Assembly (NCBI GenBank): GCA_000004695.1
Contig: CM000152.2
Span: 3,584,001-3,648,000 of the forward strand
Source: Dictyostelium discoideum
Taxonomy: Eukaryota
Direction: 5' to 3'
Length of the DNA: 64,000 nt
The position numbers were made by a program, and so were the translations under genes. Shown piece after piece: positions 49,629 through 61,979 of the stretch. The notes beneath the pieces are model-generated. The model saw nothing but the letters and a program-made list of their open reading frames with translations. It ran no database searches and was not told the origin of the DNA. Numbering within the stretch: position 1 is the first letter of the stretch; every line of letters starts with the position of its first letter.

Positions 49629-49929
49629 TAAATAAATATATAAATTAAAAAAACAAAATAAAATAAAAAAATAAATAATAATAATGAAAAAAAACCATAA
49701 AATTCTAAAAATAGAGGCTATCTGGTGAATGAGCTTGAGTGTGGTATTTCATTTATTTGAAAAGGGGTATTTTTTTTTTTGTTAAACCCCTTTTTCTAAA
49801 AATAAAAAAAAAATTTTATTTGGTAGGGGCAAATCATTTTTTTTTTTTATTATTAATAAAAATAAATTTTTTTTTATTTTTTTTATTTTTATTATTGTTT
49901 AAATTTATAATGCTACAAGTTTTACAAAA
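49407..49929. promoter_or_regulatory. Bidirectional intergenic promoter region shared by the divergent tgrC-like and tgrB-like genes. It contains a conserved GC-richer motif at 49688..49800.
   Basis: There are 523 bp between the two start codons. The motif attctaaaaatagaggctatctggtgaatgagcttgagtgtggt..gttaaacccctttttctaaaaata is conserved at 27019..27155 and 56750..56850 upstream of the other tgrB-like copies. Confidence 0.5.
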
Positions 49930-52441
49930 ATGAAAGTAATATATATTTATTTGTTATTATTATTAGTTTGTAAATTTTTATTTGTTAAATCAAGTTGCTC
50001 TTTAAAAGTTGGAAAAATAGAATGTACAAAAGAATTAGAAACGTTTTTATTATATAATGAAACAGTTGTCAATGTAAAAATGGATACAAATGGAGTAAAA
50101 TATTATTTTAATGCACTCGAGTTTCCTTACAAGAATCTGTTATGCGATTTAAATATTGATATTAAATTCACACCAGAAATCCCATCATTCCCAAATATAC
50201 CTACAACAGGTGGAGACTTCGGGTTCACCTTCAACTTTCCTTGCGACTATAGGCGAAGAGTCAAACGAATAGAAATAGAAAGAACTATATTATCTCTCAG
50301 TTTTGATACAAGCAAAAATCAGTTCGTTACTTACTTGAATCCAGGGTGTGGTCCTTTCAATATTAGTAGTAGTGGGATTCAGATTTTGAGTACAACTTAT
50401 GAAACTGGTGCCATACCCAATGTACCAATTCTCGATGATGATAAAGGTATTTTAACTATTCAAGGTAGTAATCTCTACAATACATCAATTAAAATTTATT
50501 CAAATAACATTCTTAAAGACACCAACCCTAGTGGTGCACTAGATGCTTCCCATTCTTCTGTCACATTCTCCGCTGAAGAATTTTTAACCCCAAATAATTG
50601 GACAATTGAAGTCTCAATATGTGGCTCATTTTATAAGAGCTATTCCTTCCCATATTTTCCAAAGCTCGATAAAATGGAGGGGGTACTTAATGATAATGGT
50701 GGTAATATGGTATTTACTGGAAAGCATTTAAGACCAAAACACAATGTTACTGGTACTTTTGGTAATAAAACTATTGAGTGTCTCACATCCAATTCTTCAA
50801 AAAGCATAACATGTACCATTCCAAGTCGTAAAAACTATGGTTTTCTTGGTTATGATATTCCTGTAACAATTACTGTAAGTAGGATACAATATATATATTA
50901 TAAATACATATTGTTATCATATAACATTACTAATTATTTTTTAAATAATATTTTATTAATAGATTGACGGTGAATATAAATCAAATACAATTAAAATATC
51001 TTATGATCTTCCATTGATTCAAAGTGTTTCACAAAGGGGTAATTCACAGATTTTCGATGTGACCGGTGTGTATTTTTCTGGTGTTAAGAATATGACTGTA
51101 ATTACTGGTAAAAACATGAAAACTGATATTATCCAAAAGAAAACTGCAACATTGGAAGAACCTGGATTTTTTATTGAAAGTAATTATACCATTTTTATAT
51201 TCCTACCAAATAATACTCAACCTGGTTTTATGAACCTTGTTGTTGGTGACGGTGGTAGTGAAACATTTACATCTCCAAGATATAATTTCAAGATCACTCC
51301 AACTATTACTGCTGGCCAAACCTTCAACTCAACTACAAGTGGTAATGATTTAGAAATTAAAGGCATCTTTATGAGAACTGTTGATTCTGATGGTAGAGAT
51401 GTTCCACTAACAGTCAATAGTGGGTCTGGTGGTCTTGTTTGCAATCCATTAAAAGATGGTGATGGTTTATTATTCACCTGTGTTCTAGGACCTGGTTTCG
51501 GTTCAAGCCATACAATGAACGTTTACTATAATCTTATACCCATTGGATCATTTACCGTTAGCTACAATCCTCCATACCTTGGCACAAGTGAACAAGAAAA
51601 AGATGGGACCATTAAAATGAATGGTAAGGACTTAGGGGAATCTGTTAAGGATTCAATTATGACCGTTGTTTATTCTGATGGTAATACAGTAAATGGAACC
51701 GTAATTAAAAGTAGTCATACTTCTCTTATATTTAGGTATCCTATAGGCAATAGAAACACTGCAAGCTATATATTCCAACTTGGTGATCAAAAGAGTAATA
51801 AGGCAGGTCCATTCACTTTGAAACCTATTATTGAAAACACTGATCCTGCTGTACCATGTGGCGGTGGAGTGGTTACTATCAATGGTCATTACTTTTTTAA
51901 CTATACCAAAGATACCACAACTATTACCATTGGTAAAGTACCATGTAATATTTCTTCAATTAGTGAAACAACCATTGAATGTGTAATTGTACCAAATCTT
52001 AGATCTCTTTCTCCATACTACACATCTGGCACTAAACCATTAGTAATCAGTAGCTCAAATCCTGGTACTGAAAAGGTCTACCAATTGACACCTGCAGGTC
52101 TAAACTATAAGTTTGCACCACCAACCATTACAAATACATCTGCAATTGATCAAACCGCTTTAATTACTATATATGGTACATCATTTGGTGATGCAAATCT
52201 TGAAATTCTAATCAATGATAAACCATGTACACAACCTGAAATTAACATTCACACCTATTCTAGTTTAACCTGTAATGTAACCAACTATGATGAAATGAAA
52301 ATATATAACTACTCTAATACTAAATTCAATATTAGTATCTCTGTTGATGGTCAGTACTTTATTGCTGATATTTTCCAATTTAAATGTAAGTTACATACAA
52401 TCATATCATTCTCTATCTTATTATTTATTACTATTGCTGTA

Positions 52442-52479
<38 letters not shown>

Positions 52480-52846
52480 TTATTATATTACTGTATATTA
52501 TAAAGATGAATCAGGAATTATTTATAGTGAAAACAAATCAACAGGATTTCCAAATGAGATGTATCTCGGTTTTGTTGTTTTTGTAATATTTATAGCATTA
52601 ATTTCATTTGCCGCTAAAAATCAGATTGAAAAATATTTTGAAGAGAGAAAATCCAGAAAAGCATTTAGATCACTTGATAATTTACGTCTAAAACTTCGTC
52701 AGAAACATGCTACTGAAATCGCCAAACATTACACATTTGGTGAACAAAGTGCTCCAAAGCCAGATAAAAGTACCTTCTATGATATAAGAAAGAAATTATC
52801 TAGACTTCCACTCATCAGACGTTGTTTCAAAGAACATACTGATTAA
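49930..52846 (+). CDS. tgrB1: Tgr-family, tgrB-like type I membrane protein with IPT/TIG repeats, 902 aa, 3 exons: join(49930..50874,50963..52385,52506..52846)
   Basis: The signal peptide MKVIYIYLLLLLVCKFLFVKSSCS is present. GTAAGT donors sit at 50875 and 52386, and AG acceptors at 50961-50962 and 52504-52505, with all phases consistent (0 and 1). Exon 3 encodes the TM LGFVVFVIFIALISFAA and a 75-aa cytoplasmic tail. IPT-like motifs such as VPCGGGVVTINGHYF occur. The symbol is tentative, as for tgrC1. Confidence 0.75.
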
Positions 52847-53020
52847 ATAATAAACCAGCAGTAATAAATAATTTCATCCAAATCCAATAATATCCAATTT
52901 TAATTTAATTCAAAATCAAACCAATATGTAATCTATATCTTCTTTCCATCTCTTTTATACTATTATAATTTTACTTCATTCATAATATATTTAAATAAAT
53001 AAATAAATAAAAAAAAAAAA

Positions 53021-53063
<43 letters not shown>

Positions 53064-53269
53064 AAATAGTTACTTAATTATTTTGTGTTGCATTGTTGAA
53101 AACATTGAAAAAACATTCAATTTCCTCAACTTTCATTCTACAATAGTTTCATACTATTTAATATATAAAATTATTGGGTGCAGGATAAGTTTATCAATTT
53201 ATTTATATATTTGTTCTGTTTTTGGCAGAAATAAAAATAAAAATAATGTGAGCGAAAATATGAAAATTT

Positions 53270-53300
<31 letters not shown>

Positions 53301-53770
53301 ATTTGGCACAGAAAAATAGAAGACTCAAAAATAATAAAAAAAAAATATTCAATATTATAATAAATTTATTTGAATAAAAAAAACGTTATTAATTTTTTTT
53401 TATTATTTTTCATTTATTTTTTTTAATCTTGGTCAAAAAAAAAAAGCATTTGGTGATCCATGGAACAATTTTTGCAAAATCAAAAAAAAAAAAAAATAAA
53501 AATATAAAAAAAGATATTTATTTTAAAAAAAAAATATCCAACAAAAAAACAAAAATTGTAATTTTTTTTTTTATTTTTTTTGATATACTATTGTTATGGG
53601 TAAAAATATTGTGTTTATTTGTTTTTTTTTTTTTTTTTTTTTTTTTTGATATACTATGGGTAAAAATTTGAAAAGGTACACTGTTTTTTACTATGTTTTT
53701 TATAACTTTTTTTTTTTTTCACCCATTTTTTTTTATATGTTATTAATGTTTTTTGACTTTTTTTTTTTTT

Positions 53771-53955
53771 CCCATCACACTGTTTGATAATGTTTGTTTT
53801 ATTTGGTAGTGTTTTTATTTTTTTCACTTAATTTATTTAGTTATGTTTGTAATATTTGTTTTTTCCCATCACACTGTTTGATAATGTTTGTTTTATTTGA
53901 TAGTGTTTTTATTTTTTTCACTTAATTTATTTAGTTATGTTTGTAATATTTGTTT
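53771..53955. repeat. Tandem duplication, 2 x about 92 bp
   Basis: cccatcacactgtttgataatgtttgttttatttg(g/a)tagtgtttttatttttttcacttaatttatttagttatgtttgtaatatttgtttttt occurs twice in tandem. Confidence 0.85.
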
Positions 53956-54435
53956 TTTTTTTTCTCAAACTATTAATAATTATACTAATAACCATTACAA
54001 AATAAACTATGAAAGTTAACAATTTTTTTTTTTTTTATCAATTTGTTCGCTTTCTCAATGCATTTTGAGCTTGCAGAGATATAATTTATGAAAAAAAAAA
54101 AATAGAATTTTCAATGGGCTCAAAAATAATATTTTCCAGTGTGACCAGAACATATATCTTTTTTCTTTTTTTTTTTTTTTTTGTCATCTCATTTTCCAAC
54201 TCACCACTGTTTAATTTAAAAATAAATTTATTTTTAAAAAAAAAAAATAAAAATAAAATAAAAAATAAAAATAAAATAAAAAAATGAATAATTGAAAAAA
54301 AAAAAAAATAAAATGAAAAATGAATAATTGAAAAAAAAAAAAAATAAAAACCCCATTCAATTTTTTTTTTCTCTTTTTATATTTATTATATTACCTCTCT
54401 TTAAATCTATAATTAAATAATAGATTTACAAAAAT

Positions 54436-54828
54436 ATGAATGCAGAATTATTTCAATTTCCAAATAATAAAAAAAATTTAAAAAGAGCTCATGATGACAG
54501 TGATGAAGCCTTTTTCAATAAAAAGAATGATAATAGTTTAAAAGAATTCAGAACTGATGTTGTTTTTCAAGATTTTCAAGTAAACAATTATAATTATAAT
54601 TTTAATCAAACTCAACAAAACTTTTATTCAATGGGTAGCATCCAAAGCCACACACCAAGTATTGTAGTTCCAAATCCATCAATTTCAAAGCCTCCACAAC
54701 TAATAAATCAAAATAATATTAACATTCAATCATCAATTCCAAATATTAATATAACTAGTAATATTAACCAAAACAATTTAAACGTTTTAAATAGAAACCC
54801 AAAAAATTGTTTAAATCATTTTTTTTGA
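54436..54828 (+). CDS. Possible small Asn-rich protein gene, 130 aa
   Basis: ATG ORF with a partly unique N-terminus (MNAELFQFPNNKKNLKRAHDDSDEAFF). Low complexity otherwise. Confidence 0.25.
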   Translation: MNAELFQFPNNKKNLKRAHDDSDEAFFNKKNDNSLKEFRTDVVFQDFQVNNYNYNFNQTQQNFYSMGSIQSHTPSIVVPNPSISKPPQLINQNNINIQSSIPNINITSNINQNNLNVLNRNPKNCLNHFF

Positions 54829-55181
54829 AAATAAAAAAAAATTAAAAAATTAAAAATTAAAAAATAAAATAAAATAAATTTAATTAATAAATCAGAGTCT
54901 AAACATTTTTTTAATTAATTATTTAAAATTAATAAATTAAATGAAGAAAATAAAATAAATTAATTCTATTTTATTTTAATTATTAAAGTAATAATTAATT
55001 AATAATTAAAAATATTATATTACAATTTTTTCAATCTTTTTACAATTTTTAAAATTTTCTTTATTTTTTATTTTTTATATATAATTATAGATGTTATGAA
55101 ACAATAAAATAATTATTTTTATTTTTTTTTATTTTTTTTTTTTAAAAATTAAAATAATTGAATGAATGTGTTTGTGGTAAG

Positions 55182-55214
<33 letters not shown>

Positions 55215-55261
55215 ATAATTTATCAGATATACCTGGGTCAACATTACAACCAACAGTTCTA

Positions 55262-56100
55262 TCAATTAAAAATGCCATGTTGTGTGCAAAAAAAAAAAAA
55301 AAGTATTAATATTAAATATCTATAAATATTATTAAAATTTAAAATGATTATAATAATTAGCAGATTTTTTAAATCGAAATAAAGGTGACCCATTTGGAAA
55401 GTGAAGAATTGAAATAAATCAGCAGCCATTTGATGTTCATCCAATAATACGTGGTAATGAGTTGGATTAATTGAAGCTTTGAAGGCAACTCTGGGAAACC
55501 AAAAAGAAATCATACCAGCGGCATATCTATTGATGTTATTTCCCAAGATTTTCTAATACGGTTTGAGATCTAACTATTTTGGTAGTTGAATCACTTAATA
55601 ACATGGTACCGACTTCTGTTGAGCACTGAAACCTTTCCAAACTTCTAAAAAGTGTTTTGAAATTCTCTTTTACCAACTGGTGTTTAATAATTTTTACCCA
55701 TTAATGAATATCCTATTGATCTCATAAACTATTTTAATTTTTAAAAAATATTATAAAAAAAAGATTAATATGAAAAAAAAAAAAATGGAATAAAATAAAA
55801 TAATATAAAAAAATTAAAAACTTACAGATTTAGTTAAAATATTAACGAGTTGAGAGTTATTTGATTTATCATTAATTTGTATCTTTTATCTCTTGCTACT
55901 TGTGGTGGACCAAAATCAATTCAAAATCAACCAATTTCTTAACAGTGCGAATAAGACAAAAAGTATTTTCCAATACTTTCTCGAACCATGCAATATCTTG
56001 GATATCATCACTGTCATCTCTAAACCTTTTCTTGAAATTCTTAAAGCATCCTGTGATTAAGGTGAAAATAAAAAAAATAAAAAGGAAAAATAAAATTTTT
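55262..56100 (-). pseudogene. Degenerate gene remnant, paralogous to 44700..45310
   Basis: 55640..56060 aligns with 44940..45300 (..ccaactggtgtttaata..tttacccattaatgaatat..cattgatctcataaactatttt..). It has stops in all frames apart from the 94-aa piece at 55262..55546. Confidence 0.3.
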
Positions 56101-56962
56101 TTTTTTTTTTTTTTTTTTCGACAAACGGAGCGCCAAAAATACAAAATGATTTGAAAAATAAAAATGTAATCATTCTAATTATATTTAAAAAAAAAAAAAA
56201 TTGGGTTAAAACAAAGGAACGGAATATATTTCTGATTAATTTTGTTTTAATATTTATAAACTGTTATAAAAAAAAAAATAAAAAAAATAAAAATAAACTT
56301 TTCTTTTTTTTTTCTTGTTATTTTAAAATAAAAGAAATTGCTAGAGTATAAAAATAATAGAAAGGTGTTTTAAATCATTATAAAACAAGAATATATAAAA
56401 ACAAATAAAAATGATAGGACTACAGTCATTCATTAGTTTTATAATTTAATAATAAACAATCATTTATTTATTTGTTTAATAATTTATTTATTTAAATAGT
56501 ACAGCTTATTCACAAATACCCAAACATCGATAATCTTAATCTACAATAATAATTATTAGAATAAAATAATTTAATAAATGATCAAACTGTTAGTCAATTA
56601 CCATCACCACCACCACCACCACCAACTCGTGATTCCAACACTATCTCACCAAACTCAACCATCTATTCTAACTTAACCATAAAACACCAGAAAAAAAAAA
56701 AATTTTAACAAATAAATTGAAAAAAAAAAAAAAAAAAAAATTATAATGAAATTCTAAAAATTGAGGCTATCTGGTGAATTGGCTTGGGTGTGGTGTATAA
56801 TTTATATGAAAGGTGTGTTTTTTTTTGTTGAACCCCTATTTCTAAAATAGAAATGCTTTTTTTTTTGTAAATAATATTTTTTTTTTTTTTTTTTATTTTA
56901 ACCTCAAATTAATTTTTTTTTTTTTATTATCGTTTTTATTTTAATATTATAATTTTAACAAA

Positions 56963-58047
56963 ATGAAAGTTTTATATATTTATATATTGTTATTGGTTTG
57001 TAAATTTTTATTTGTGAAATCAAGTTGCTCTTTAAAATATGAAAAAATAGAATGTACAAATGAATTTGAAACATTTGAATTATATAATGGTACTGTTGTC
57101 AATGTAAAAATGGATACAGTTGGAGGGAGATATTATTTTAATCCACTAAAGTTTCCTTACAAGAATTTGCTATGCGATTTAAATATTTTAATTAAATTCA
57201 CACCAGAAATCCCATCATTCCCAAATATACCCACAACAGGTGGAGAATTCGGGTTCACCTTCAACTTTCCTTGCACCTATAAGCGAACAGTCAAAGAAAT
57301 AGGAACAGAAAGAACTTTATTATCTCTCAGTTTTGATACAAGCAAAAATCAGTTCGTTACTTACTTGGATCCAGGGTGTGGTGCTTTAAATTTGTTTTTT
57401 GAAAATATCCAGATTTTGAATTCAACTTTTGAAACTGGTGCCATACCCAATGTACCAATTCTCGATGATGATAAAGGTATTTTAACTATTCAAGGTCGTA
57501 ATCTCTACAACACTTCAATTAAAATTTATTCAACTAACATTCTGAAAGACACCAACCCTATTGGTGCACTAGATACTTCCCATTCTTCTGTCACATTCTC
57601 CGCTGAAGAATTTTTAACTCCAAATAATTGGACAATTGAAGTCTCAATATGTGGCTCATTTTATAAAAGCTATTCCTACCCATATTTACCGGTGCTCATC
57701 AAAATGGAGGGGGCACTTAATGATAATGGTTGTAATATGGTATTTACTGGAAAGCATTTAAGACCAAAACACAATGTTACTGGTACTTTTGGTAATAAAA
57801 CTATTGAGTGTCTCACAACCAATTCTTCAAAAAGCATAACATGTACCATTCCAAGTCTTAAAAGTTATGGTTCTCTTGGTTATGATATTCCTGTAACAAT
57901 TACTGTAAGTAGGATACAATATATATTATAAATACATATTGTTATCATATAACCAATTACTAATTATTTTTTAAATAATATTTTATTTAGATTGATGGAG
58001 AATACAAATCAAATACAATTAAAATATCATATGATATTCCAAGGTAT
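56963..58047 (+). pseudogene. tgrB-like gene, truncated. Exon 1, intron 1 and the first 19 codons of exon 2 remain, then the match ends in a stop.
   Basis: Exon 1 at 56963..57904 is 314 codons and about 85% identical to 49930..50874. A GTAAGT intron lies at 57905..57990. After ..ISYDIP the alignment ends and a stop follows. Confidence 0.75.
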
Positions 58048-58249
58048 ACTTTTAAAATAAAAAAATAAAGAAATATAATACTCTTTTTTTTTTTTTAATT
58101 ATTACTTTATTTTTAAAATTTCTACTTTTTTTTTTTTTTTTTTTTATTAAAATCTTTACGTTAATAATTTAAAAAAAAAAATTATAAAAAATAAATAAAT
58201 AAATAAATATTATTATTTATTTATTTATTTTTTATAATTTAAATCCGTT

Positions 58250-58450
58250 TGAACATAGGGTCAGCATAAACCCCACTACCACACCCTCACTGCTGGAGAG
58301 GAGATGGTAGGAGGCGTTATGGTCTATATGATTACTCAGTAAAATAAGCAGGTATTCTACGTTTTATGGTGTATAATCGAATAGACTGATGTCGATGATC
58401 AAGTGACCTTGATTATGTTCGAAGCCACGTAACACAATATCATGGTCTGC
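58250..58450. other. About 200-bp GC-richer (about 45% GC) unique fragment of unknown origin, downstream of the truncated tgrB-like copy
   Basis: Sequence gtttgaacatagggtcagcataaaccccactaccacaccctcactgctggagaggagatgg... It resembles neither the rRNA motifs I can recall nor any repeat family in this window. Confidence 0.3.
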
Positions 58451-58829
58451 CACAAAATCAACAAAAACAATAACAAATAATTATAAAATTTGATTTGATT
58501 AATAATAAATTTTAAAAAAAAAAAAAAAAAATTTTTACACTTCAACCAAATCTAATTTTATAAAAAATAAAATAAATTCAATTATTTTTAATAAGAATTT
58601 AGTATAGATAAATATACACAAAATGATATTAAAATTTAAAAAAAAAAAATGAATGTAATCATTCTATTTTTTTATTAATTTTTTTTTTTTTTATTTATAT
58701 CGATATAAACAATTTTGAAAACAAAGGAATGGAATATGGTTCTGATTAATTTTTTTTGTTTTAATATTAATTTTTTATTCATAAAAAAAAAAAAAAATAA
58801 AAAAAAAATAAAGATAAAAATAAACTTTT

Positions 58830-58874
<45 letters not shown>

Positions 58875-59331
58875 GAAAATCTAAAAATATTAAATAAAAT
58901 ATTATTTAATAAATAAAAAATAATAAAATAACAAAATAATAAAAAAATGTAATAATAAATAATAATAAAAAAAAAAATTTTAATATTAATAATAATAAAA
59001 AAATAAATTGATTTGTTTTAACTTTTTTTTTTGGTGGCATTTTTATTTTTTAAGTGCATTCACCACGTGCACAACCAAATAGTCAACAATCACTAACAAT
59101 TTATAACATGTTGGTTCTTGTAGGTGAAAAAAACTGGAAAAAAAAGATACAAAAATGAAGAAAAAAAATAAATTTTAAATCATTCAAAAAATAAAACAAA
59201 TAAATAAATATAAATAAATAAAAATAAATTAAACAAATTTATAAATAAATTCATTTAATAAATATAATTAAAGTAACAAAATAAAATAAAATAAAATAAA
59301 ATAAAATAAAAATAAAATAAAATAAAATAAA

Positions 59332-59893
<562 letters not shown>

Positions 59894-60105
59894 ATAATAA
59901 AAAAAAAGTTCATATATTTTTATTATTATTTTTTATGTGTTTGTTTATTTATTTACTTATTTATTTTATCATTTAATTAATTATTTATTAGTCCGTTTGC
60001 TTATTAGTTTATTTATTTATTTTTTTATTTATTTTTTTATTTATTTATTTTAAAAGTTTTAATTTTATAAAATGTGATTTTAAATTTACATTTTCTTTTA
60101 ATTTT

Positions 60106-60228
60106 TTAAAAGTTTTTTCTTAAATATTTTTTTGCGCGACTTATTATTCTAAAAATAAAGAAACAACCAATGATAGAACAACTAGAAGCAATACCAATAA
60201 ATACAAAAGCTGCAGTTAAACCAGCTGA

Positions 60229-60260
<32 letters not shown>

Positions 60261-61240
60261 CTTCTTCTTCTTCTTCTTCTTCTTCTTCTTCTTCTTCTTC
60301 TTCTTCTTCTTCTTCTTCTTCTTTGCCAATAATATATTGTGTTAATGATATACCCTTAAGACTTATTGAATTACAACCACCGAAATTAACGTCAGGTGAT
60401 ACTATTTCACAAAATTCATTTACATCTAATTGACATTTCAATTGAGTTGTTTTTGAATTTATAAATGTACATTGTCTATCACAAATTGTAATAGATGGGA
60501 TAAATGATGAATTTAAAGTCGAAGATAATCTAGAACCATTAATTGTTATAATACCACCTAAATCATTTGGAAATAATGATACTGAATTTACTATTGCTGG
60601 GAAACAATAGGTATAATTCTTTTCATTTGAGACACCATTTACAGTAATACTAACAGATATTAGACCAGGATCAACTATATCATAGTTATACACTTGAATT
60701 AGTTTATGTTTTACTGAAATAACAAAATCAGGTTGATTAATACCATCAAATAAAACCGTAACCAGCTTTTTATTTGTATGGAAGTTATCACCACTAATTA
60801 CTATATCTTTTGATGGGTGTAAATAAATACTTGATATTTTAGGTGATCCATATTAAAATGGTAAAGGATAATACCCGTCTTGGTAAAGGACTACCCGAAA
60901 TTCTCGAGAATGGTTCATCTGCATAGAATAAACAATATCTCTTATTATATATATAGATGACAATCAAAATAATTTGGTACCATTTCATATCTGGGTGTTG
61001 TTTCGTTTTCATACAAAATGAAACGGGTAAAATATGGGGAATCACCGTTAAAAATTAATATAAATGATGTTATATCATATTCTACTTCTAATATAAAAAA
61101 TTAATTAATTTCATAAACACATTATTTTAATAAATAATTAAAAAATGATACTTACCAATTGGATTTGAAAAATCCATTGAATACCTTGATTTAAAAATTG
61201 AGAATAAAAATAAAATCAGTAATGAAATTTTCTTTTCCAT
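60106..61240 (-). pseudogene. tgrC-like pseudogene. The central roughly 1.5 kb is replaced by (TTC)n, i.e. poly-Glu on the coding strand. The N-terminal region is frameshifted, and the signal-peptide exon and intron are retained.
   Basis: The 195-aa ORF joins an IPT region, E31, the TM FVFIGIASSCSIIGCFFIF, and the tail RIISRAKKYLRKNF. Exon 1 ([29 protein letters not shown] plus gtaagtatc) lies at about 61153..61240. Confidence 0.75.
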
Positions 61241-61979
61241 TTTTATTAATAATTATTAAAAAAAGAAAATTAAATTAGAGAAATAATAATTAATATTGAG
61301 TAATTAATTAATTTTTTTTTTTTTTAAAAAAATAATAACAGCATGGGTTGGTAAAAAACTGTGTGAGATTAGTTGGCATGTGGAAAAAAAAAATATATAA
61401 TAATAAAACACAAAGAATTTCAAAAAAAAAATAAAAATATATAAAAAATAATAAATGTATGAAATAAAAAAAATGTTTTTTTTTTTTTTTTTTTTTAATG
61501 ATTAATTTTTTATTATTAATTTATTTACCTTATATATTTTATTAGTTATAAATACAAAAAGTATTTTTTAAAAATTATAATAATATTCATTTTAATAATA
61601 ACAATTTTTTTTTTTTTTTTTAATTTATTATTATTGTCATTTTCATTTTCTTTATTTTCATTATTATTATGATTTATTATAATAAATCATAGAAATAATG
61701 TAAATAGAGATATTCAAAATGACAACAATAATAAAAACGTTTTTCACACCAAAAAGAATTAAATTTTTTTTTTTTCTTTTTTTTTTTTTCTTTTTTTTTT
61801 TTTCTTTTTTTTTCAAAAACCTTCAAATTTTTTTTTTTTTTTTCATTTTCCATCATCTTTATAATTAATAATAAATGTAATTTTTCTTTAAAAATAATTC
61901 ATTTTTTATTTTTATTTTTTTTATTTTATTTTTTAAACCGTACATTTTATTAACTGTTATTAATTAATTATAAATTACT

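Noticed and set aside
51217-51889. Two minus-strand ORFs (86 and 78 aa) inside tgrB-like exon 2
   Set aside because: Antisense to a well-supported coding exon.
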